From the NCBI GenBank assembly GCA_951406725.2, contig OX597814.1, positions 71,176,001-71,240,000 on the forward strand: a stretch of 64,000 bases of DNA, read 5' to 3'. Below, in pieces: positions 54,830-64,000 of this stretch (position 1 is the stretch's first letter; each line of letters begins with the position of its first letter). Source of the DNA: Octopus vulgaris (Eukaryota). The notes beneath the pieces are model-generated. The model was not told the DNA's origin, did no database searches, and saw only the letters and a program-made list of their open reading frames with translations. The translations under genes and the position numbers were made by a program.

Positions 54830-57300
54830 TATAGGCCTTGCCTATAAATATTTTTTGTAAGAATGTAAATGGTTCTTCCGCCATTACAAATAAGGCGTCG
54901 GAGAATTTAAAAAGAATTAAATTAAAACAAATTTTCCTGAATTTTTTTCTGAGGAATTGGGTCTTTGCAACAAAACAGAGGTGAAGTTTCAAGTGAAAGA
55001 AAACGCTATACCGGTATTTAAACCAAAAAGAACGGTACCTTTTGCAGCGTTGAAACAAGTCAGCAAAGAATTGGTTAGACTTGAAAAGCTTGGCGTTATT
55101 GAAGAAATTAATTACTCAAAATGGGCGTCCCCTACAGATTAAGTCAAGAAAAAAATAATAAAATCCGAGTAAGCGCTGATTTCTCAACGGGATTAAACGA
55201 ATGCTTGATGCCATATAATTACCCATTACCTAGTCGGAAGAAATTTTCGCGAAGTTGAATGGAGGTAAAAGTCAATGAGGAATGATCAAAATTATTGACA
55301 ATAAATACCCATAAAGGCATTTTCCAACAAATTATGGACGTTATGTTCGCAGGTTCGGATTTCGCTGTAGCTTACCTTGACGACATACTCATAAAAATAA
55401 ATCTCAGTATCAGCATGCTGAATATGTTAAAAAATTCTTCGAAAGAATAAGAGTACAGTTTTAAGCTCAGCGAGTTAAAATGTGAATTTGTTATGCCAAG
55501 AATAAAATACCTAAGACAGATTATTCATGAAAATGGATGCAGACCAGACACGCCTACGGCGAGTGCAAAAAAAATATGCCTCCCTCGACGAACATTACAA
55601 CGCTACAAGCATATTTAGGGCTTGCAAATTTTTTTTTACCACAAATATGATGGCTAATGCTGAATATGCGCGATTTAAGAGCACCCTTGAATAACTTGTT
55701 AAAAAAAGACGTTAAGTGGAACTGGTTGGACAAATGCCAAAAAGCTTTTGAAAAAATGAAAAAACGTTTTAACTTCGGAGTTGTTATCACATTTTGATCC
55801 GAATTTAGAAATAGTAGTGGCAGCAGATGCTAGTGAAAGTGGTATTGGAGCTGTGATTTTACACAAGTATGAAGATGGTAGCCTGAAAGCAGTAGTTCAT
55901 GCTTCACGTTCATTATTGCCAGCTGATAGAAAAATAGGCATTAGCCATCATATTTGTGGTAAAAAAAAATTCCATAAATTTATACATGGAAGAAGGTTCC
56001 GTCTACAAACAGACCACCACCCATTATTGTTCATCTATGGAGAAAAAAAGGGGTATCCCCACTCATAGAGCCAATAGATTGCAGCGCTAGGGAACGATCC
56101 AACTGAATTACGACATCATGAAAAAATTGAGACATGCAGATGATTTATCAAGATTAATACCAAAATACAGTGAACCACTAGAAGACACAAGTGATAGCGG
56201 TGTTAAAAGTCGAAAATGAAATTTTAAAAATATATTGTGCAATGTTGTGCGTGATATGTTGAAGGAAATAAAAATTAAGGCAGGAACTGACGAGTTTATC
56301 GTAAAAATGAAAAAAAATAATGAGATCAGAAGGAACATAAAAAAATACGTGTGGCTGGACGTAACACTGTTTCAAATTTGTATTCGATATGTGATAATGT
56401 GCGTAATGCCTACCTCACTACAAAGTCAAATGTTAAAGGAATTCCAGGAATTTCTAGAATAAAGTCACTAATGAGTGTTATGTTTACTGGCCAAAAATGG
56501 ATCTAGATATCAAGGAGTTGGTAAAATCCTACAGAGGATGTGCTCTTGCAGCGAAGTCACCACCTGTTTGGGCCACCCTTGGCCCAAAACCGATATTCCA
56601 TTGTCCAGAATACATATACACTTCGCAGGACCGTTAAATCGATCATATTATCTAATAGTGGTAGACAGTTTTACTAAATAGCCAGGAATATGTAAATTAG
56701 TAAACCGACATCCGACGTGATAGTTGATGACGCAACATTGACGCAATTCTTGAGGGTTTATAGGATAACACCAAACCCAAACGCTTTTTCAGGCAAGTCG
56801 CCTGCGGAATTAATGCTTTCTCGAAAAATAAAGTCAATTTTCCACAAGCTGCTACCGACAAGAATAGCAACTAGGGAAAACACTAAAAATACGACAAAGT
56901 TTTTTTAATTTCGGTGACAAGGTGTTTTTCAAAATATATAAAAATGGAAGACAGGGTTGGGAAGACGGTGTAGTAACAAAAAAAAAAAGGCAAAATGACA
57001 TATATGATAAGAGGCGAAAATGGAAACACAAAAGGCATTTAAACTAGTTTAAAATAGATATACAGAACAAAAAGATACCCATGGAAGTGTTCTATTACAC
57101 CTTTGATGTTCCAACGCCACAAGGAATCGAACCTAGGCGTAACAACACAAGAAAGAGAAAACAAACAGAACTGTTGGAAGTAGTGACTAAACGGAAGAAA
57201 TATTAAACTTTCCAAGGAGGAAAATCTCAAAAAGGGGGATGTGATGAAACAAAAATAAAGAAATAGAAATATTAACTTCCAACGGAAGTCAATCTCAAAA
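54830..57300 (+). mobile_element. Ty3/Gypsy LTR retrotransposon pol remnant with PPT and start of 3' LTR
   Basis: VPFA..KWASP; AYLDDILI; RNase H VAADASESGIGAVI; integrase RIHIHFAGP..LIVVDSF; order RT-RH-IN; AAAAGGGGGA-TGTG at about 57230-57243. Confidence 0.88.
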
Positions 57301-57399
57301 GAGATGTGGCGAGAGTCATTGACACCCCTGGTAGATTGGAAAATGGACTATCCGAACCCTTATAATGAGTAGTGATCAATAGTAGTCGGTGAGGGCGTT

Positions 57400-58915
57400 T
57401 TGGTAGTCTCGCGAGTTGTTGTGTTTTAGTTGCAGTTGAGTCCGCTCCTTGTGAGTTGTGTTGCATTGTTGATTTGCTGAATTGTTGAAACCGTTATTGA
57501 CTGGAATCGTTGGAATTATTGTAGTTAACTGGAATTTATTTTTTGAGTGAAGTTAATAATACTACCATAGAAGGTAAACCAACTGGCAGTTACGCTGTGG
57601 TGACCGGTAAAGGCCTGTCAGTAGAGGTACTGCAGGTCCACGAAATTAAATTAAAAGAGAAAAACTATAAAAAATATAACGGTTTACTGAAGAAGGTGGG
57701 AGACAGCCTGAGGTTGACGTCCCCTAAAGAAATGCTGGAAAAAAACAGAAAAAAGAACCATTATATATAGAACGTTAAATGTGTCAACAAAAAAAGTGGA
57801 AATAGTAGCAGAGGAAGAGATAGAAGAATATCTTCGAGAAATAAAAGACAGTACGACATTTTACACGAGGGAAAAAAAGTATGGCACAGTAGAAGTACGC
57901 TCCATAAGCAAAGAGAAGCGAGGAAGCACTCCACTGTGCCTCTGAGATCAGCCGAGTGGGAACTTCTACCTCCTTACTGTGGCAAACGTGCGGCCAGAGT
58001 AAGGATAGGTAGAGTGCCCCCAGAAATCGATGAGACGAGGCTGGTGGCAGCCATCCTCTATAACTCAGAAGATGCACAGGCGATAAAGATATCCAGAACG
58101 ACGGAGGTAAACTGGTAGAGATATGCAGAAGAGCTGGTGCTACCTGATGACACGAGATTGAAAATCGTTGTAGAAGGGAAACCCGGTATGTTACGCATGT
58201 GGAATAAGGGAACACATGAAAGCAAAGTGCCCCCAGAAACGCGAACAGGAGGAGGCGGAGAAGGAGCGTCAGGAAGAAAAAGGTGCAACTGCAGAGGAGG
58301 AGGAGGAAATGGTGGAAAATGCAATGGTAGAAAGAAAGAGAAGTAACGTGGAATCTCCACCTAAAAAGGTATGGAAGGCAGAGGAGAAAAAGAATGAGAA
58401 AAGAAGGAAAGAGGAACCAACTGAGGAACAAACACAAAGACAGTTGCCTTCAACTAGTAAGGAGGAGGAAGGACGGAAAAGACACTTGAAAGTGAGAAGG
58501 AAGGACAAACAAAGGCGAGAATACTAGCAACAGAGGTAGAGAGTGGTGAGGTACCGCAGAGAGAGAACCACCGAAGGGGAAACATGAAAGAGTGATGGTT
58601 TGTTACAGAAAGAGTGTGGGGATAGAGAAGAGAATTTCCAAAATGAAAAATGTAATAAGGATCAAACTGGCTGACAAAGAGGAGAATCGAAATGAGAAAG
58701 CTGTGTTGTTGGAGCAGGAAGGTTGCAGGAAATATTTGGAGACAGAATAGATACAACAGGACTTCGATTTCGCTACGATGATTTGCCGTCAGTGATAATA
58801 TTTTAAGTATTTCTTTATTGCCCACTAGGGACCGACAAAGATGGGGACAACACAACCTGATTTGGGGTAAGATGTTCGATATGTAATTACAATAAAATGA
58901 AGTTAAAAATTAAAG
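57400..58915 (+). mobile_element. L1/Tx1-like ORF1-only element (gag-like, CCHC knuckle), degenerate
   Basis: SYAVV; LLPPYCGKRAARVRIGRVPPEI; knuckle CYACGIREHMKAKC at about 58188-58230; E/K-rich tail; AATAAA at about 58891. Confidence 0.62.
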
Positions 58916-58919
58916 TATA

Positions 58920-61345
58920 TATAAACGAATGATTATACATTACAAAAGGATAATACAAATTGAATGGAGTTTGGGTTCAGTCCCGACACCACGAGCCCCA
59001 GTCCACCACTGATACTTTTTTACACTTTATAGCATATTCACTCGCAACACTCGTGCTACATACTTCCATTTTTCGTTGAACATTTTCTCCGACAGACACC
59101 TCTTCTCCAGCCACACTTTCCTTTTCAGGTGAAAAGCGAAATACCTTTGTAAGGCGCGGCTGGAGATAAAGCTGCCTGTCTTGACTCCTTTCATCCTTGT
59201 CTTCCACACCGCCTCTTTCGCTATTGCTACTACGATGAGAAAGCAATTCTTAACTTCATTTGTTAAAAATCCAGGTGGGTCAATTTTTTTTTGATTGACT
59301 CAGCCGACAGCTGTACTCTCCCTGTGCCAGACAACAGATGTTCCGCATAAGCCCACATTTCCGATACTTCCGGACACTGAACAATAGCGTGCGGGACGGT
59401 TTCTCTAACCCGCGCACATCTTGGACAGGTCGATGATTGGCGTTTACCATGTCTTGCAAGCTTAATCCAAACGGGTAAGGCACTTCTATAACATTACCAG
59501 GTCAAGGACTTTTGGAAATTATCCGACGACCTCAACCCGAACGAATGAAGGAACAGGCTGTCAAGTTGAATATACTCGAGACCCAGAGTCTCCCCCAGGC
59601 CATCGTCACATTCAGCCTCTACTAACCCTCTATAGAAGAATGCTGTAGAACCCCCACCGCTGGCATTACCCGAGCAACAGAAAAGCAAGAGGGCCTTACG
59701 GCACTCCGTATGCCATGCACTCAACCCCGATCTACGAAAGCACCAGTCTTCCCGTCCGCAAAAACTAGCGAACTCGGAGAACATTTGTCTTGCTAGCATA
59801 GAACACACCCGTTCACCATCCCGGAGAATCCAGTGATGCCTCAACCTCAGCGCATGTCTGCGCATCATCAACCAAGGCATCCCTAATCCTCCTTTTAACG
59901 GTCTTTGGCAACAGATAGAGTTTCGCAAAAGTGGCGATGTGTTCTTCCATAAAAGCGGAAGAGCTCTCTCTCCAATTTAATTAACGACGAATCCGGGCAA
60001 GGAACGACGGTCAGGTGGTAGGTAATGACCGATGCGATAAACACATTGGCCACCTCCGCCCCCCCTTTCAGGGATAGCCACCGCCAGGATCAGGTCTTGA
60101 CTACGGAGGCAACCCTGTTCGAAACCTCAGCCCACTTTTTCTCTACCTGGAGATCTGGTCTAAACCAGAACCCTAGCAATTTAACCGGTCCCTCCATCTA
60201 GCGTCCAACGACGCTATCCGAAGACATCGACTTGCCCTTCCAGGTGCCGACTGATTTTTTCCCGGTTAATCTTTGCTCCTGCCATCATTCCGTAAACCTC
60301 AATAGCCTTACCTACTACATGTAGGCGTGCCATTGTGGTCACACTGATGGTGACGTCATCCGTATAAGCTGAAACAAATTCCTCATACCACTCCCCGGCG
60401 TACAGATCTGGATATAAACCCATTCTGTTGCCAGTTCGCATACACATTGGCCAGCAGGTGCCCGAACAAGTCTGGCATACACTTATATAGCTCGTAGAGA
60501 AGATCATCCAGTCCCAGCGACCTACCCGCGTCACAGTCTGCCATAGCCTCAGACACCTACTCAGGCGTAATCGGCCCTTCACAAAACTCCGTATCCGGCT
60601 CCGAGAGGCGCGGCAGCCCGACAAGGAAGCCTCAAAGTCACCCCTACCATCCGGCCCGCCGCCACTCCCGAACAGCCGGGCGAAGTACTCCAGAAAGGCC
60701 TCACACATTTCCTCGGGTTCGTTTACCAATACACCTTGATGATTCACCATAGACCGAAGAGTGGAGTCATTTCTACGTTGAGCTTCCACCGTTCAGGCCC
60801 ATCCAGCGGCCTTGATTCATTCACAGCCCATTGCACGCATTTTAGCTCTGACAATGCACCCATCTGTTGGGCTTCGAGATGCTGGTTCAATTCCAGTCCC
60901 TTCACCTTCACTTGGTCCACTATTTGCTTTTAATGATGGTACCCGTTAACGTCCTCTGAATTAACTGCTTAATCCGCTTTCTGTACTCCTCAATCACCAA
61001 AAGGGACGTTTTGAGTTTCCAGTAGCCAGATCCCTGTCTATGCAGCATATCTTCGTTCAGCTTACAGGTAACCATTTTGTGGTCACTGTTGGTAACTGGA
61101 TAAAACTGTGAACACTTAACTATACTCTTATCTGCCTTTCTAATCAAAGTCCTATCTAAATATGATCGGGAAGACCCGTCGCTGTTTGACCATGTCCACA
61201 ATGGAGCGTCCAGGTTTTCCAACCTATATGGGTCTGCCAGCTGGAAATAGTTTAGCAGATCCCGAAAGCCAGGGTTACATGTCCTATCCGGTCTCCAGCC
61301 AACACAATCTACGCGCGCATCGCAAAATACGGTTACGCTGGAGCC
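58920..61345 (-). mobile_element. Tx1/L1-clade LINE ORF2 remnant
   Basis: Endonuclease WTWSN..SYLDR..SDH..GYWKL; RT SAYTDDVT, GAKINREK; GGLGMP; C-terminal CPRC..ETVPH..C; internal deletion in RT. Confidence 0.85.
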
Positions 61346-61349
61346 CAAC

Positions 61350-61876
61350 CTTTATTCGAACAAAACAACTTTTATAGTCATTCTATATAAACTCAGTACT
61401 AATTCAATTAGTATCAATATTATAACCACTAATTAAATAAACTTAAGTTAATTTAAAATCTATAATGTAATTAATATTCATTAATACTAGTACAAATTAT
61501 AACTACAAATTAGAAACAAAAATAGGGTTTAAATATACTCGCTATTTATCTAAAAATTTATTATATAAGTTAAGTAATTTGCATCTAAATTTAATTTTAC
61601 ACTTGTCCAATGAATTAACTAATTTATTATGATTATTAAATATTATTTTTTAAACTCACTAGAACATAATAAACAGGAATTACTACCTATACTATATGAT
61701 TTCGCCTTGCAAATTATCTCCCACTTTAAATTATACTTAATTCGTTGAGATTTAAGTTCCCATATATATTTACTAAGCCCAACAGAGTTCATAAGATTTA
61801 TACTCTTAAAGGAATGCATATGCTGAGCCATTCTTAATTTAATTTTTGAAGTAGACCCTATATAGATTGCGTTTAA

Positions 61877-61941
<65 letters not shown>

Positions 61942-63470
61942 TATTATTCTCATCAATTAAAGTAACGATACATTTATAAACAACATCATGTAAATTACAT
62001 TTATTATTAAATTTACAATTACTTTTATCTCTACATGTACAATCAATGAGAACGTTATCTTTATTATTATTGGTATCATTATAAAATTTCACTTTATAAA
62101 AGTTATTCAACTTAAATTTATTAAAAGAAGAAATAATGTTACCTACATTATTATTAGTAGAATAACCAACTCCAAAATAATTACTAGAGAAAAATTTTTT
62201 TATATTTTCGATTATCATGAATAAATTGTTCAATAATATTTAAAATCTCTTTAATAATATTAGTTTTAACTTCAGCCCCATAAGGAACCATTAACCAAAT
62301 TTTATTCCTATTATTTATGTTATTGTTATTATTATTAATATTATCATTATTATTAATATTATTATTATTAATATTATTATTATTGTTGTTGTTGTTGTTG
62401 TTGTTGTTATTATATTTCTTTTTAATATTATTAAAATTATTATTATTATCATTATTGTTAAAGAATTTAATATTATTATTATATCCTGCCTCTCGCAGGG
62501 CTTCATTATAGTAAGGTGCATGTTTATTGAAAATCTCTAAATCATAAGAAAGTAATGATATTCGTTTACTAATATTATTCTTAATTGAGGATGGGTGATT
62601 ACTATTAGCATTTATATATCTAAGGCTTTCATTAAATTTATGATATGGTTGGGTTTTACCCGTTATTAAATTAAAATTAACATCTAAATAATTTACATTA
62701 TAGTTCCCTTTATATATAGTAATACTTAAACCATACCTTTTAAAGAAACTATATAGTTTCTTCTTATATAATACAAGTTTTCTATTAGTGCAATTCTTAA
62801 TAATTAATAAACGGTCATCTCTATATAAACCACCCTCTACTTTAAATTTTCTAATTGAAGTTCAGATAATAAATAAATACCTACTAAATCCATAGCTTGT
62901 GCAGAATCGGGTGCCCCCATAGGTATATCAAAATAGTCCCTAATATCCTTCCTAGCCAATAATTTATTATTATATCTAATAAACGATTTCCTAGCCATTT
63001 TAATTACATTAACTTCATCATAAGTCATTCCTACCTTATTCATTGCATATATTAGGGCCTTATTAAACACAATTTCATTAATAGAAAAGTAATAATTATC
63101 TATTTGAATAAATTTATATCAATTTTTTTTCTTTAATATTATAAAACCAATTTAGAGTATTATTTTTACTAGTCCATAAGTTTAGGTAGTTTAGCTTATT
63201 TAATTTATTAATATATTTATCCAATATTAATTTACTCAATTTACCAAGGTCTGATTTACATGGACAAATTAATCTAACTTTAGGGTCTGAATAAAAATTA
63301 TCCTTATCGTCCTTCAAAGTAATTCTAGGGTGCATAAGTACATAAGGTTCAGCTTATTATCTAACTTGTAATTCATCATTACTAATTTAGAGGCCTTATT
63401 TATAGTATAAAGTGTATTATCTGGAACAATTTTATATTTTTTAATTATCTCTTTCTCTAATATGTTATCC
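61350..63470 (-). mobile_element. AT-rich Penelope-like element (RT with GLYRDD plus GIY-YIG), disrupted
   Basis: PKVRLICP; FDIPMGAPDSAQAMDLVGIYLL; GGLYRDD at about 62815-62835; CTC..CKFNNKC..VVYKC..IYIGSTS..R..H..LSKYIWELK..CLLC. Confidence 0.85.
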
Positions 63471-63474
63471 ACAG

Positions 63475-63795
63475 TAGCCCAGTGGATGTTAACATAAAAC
63501 TGAAGATCAGTGAAAAAGTCCAAACCTTCGCTGAATTATTGAGAAATCTGCAGTTACTCTATCGAGATTACAAGTTCAGGTTTATTCCTGTAATTATTGG
63601 GGCACTGGGATATATAACACACTACCTAAATACCAATCTTGAGAAACCAGGAAGGGGGAAACTGATTCGAAAACTGCAGATTCAAAACTTTCCAGAAGTT
63701 TATCCTTTAAGTATATATGAGTATGCATATGCAAGTATATCCATGAGAAGACATACATAAAACAAAAGATACAAATCTGCACGTATACTTACAAA
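63475..63795 (+). mobile_element. 3' end (RLE) of the (TACA)n-associated R4/Dong-like LINE
   Basis: DVNIKLKISEK..LLRNLQLLYRDYKFRFIPVIIGALG, homologous to 32177-32485; followed by (TACA)n. Confidence 0.8.
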
Positions 63796-63845
63796 CATAC
63801 ATACATACATACATACATACATACATACATACATACATACATACA

Positions 63846-63936
<91 letters not shown>

Positions 63937-64000
63937 CACAGTAAAGTGCGACACGCAACTATGTATGAATAAACTGCTTGAAGCAATACTTGAAGTCGAC

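Overview
Eukaryotic, AT- and microsatellite-rich DNA made almost entirely of transposable elements; I found no host exon. The recurring SINE (GGCGGCGAGCTG...GTTCTGAGTTCAAATTCCGCCGAGGTCGAC) and the overall repeat set point to a cephalopod, probably Octopus (inference from recalled repeat families). Retroelements: a nearly complete but disrupted RTE LINE ending in three C2H2 fingers; several R4/Dong-type RLE LINEs sitting in (TAA)n or (TACA)n arrays; Penelope-like elements (PLEs) with RT and GIY-YIG; a Tx1/L1 ORF2 remnant; an ORF1-only L1/Tx1-like element; a Gypsy pol remnant; SINEs. DNA transposons: Tc1 (IR/DR type), Tigger/pogo, piggyBac, and hAT-like and Merlin-like MITEs. The most interesting layer is RNA. 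About 12 hammerhead-ribozyme (HHR) motifs, some decayed, lie in PLE pseudo-LTR repeats. These include ORF-less units of about 490-500 bp arranged as an inverted copy plus tandem copies (retrozyme-like), and an HHR at 1231-1306 (minus strand) whose three strands are in a non-circularly permuted, pseudoknotted order. All RNA folds were paired by eye and none has been tested.
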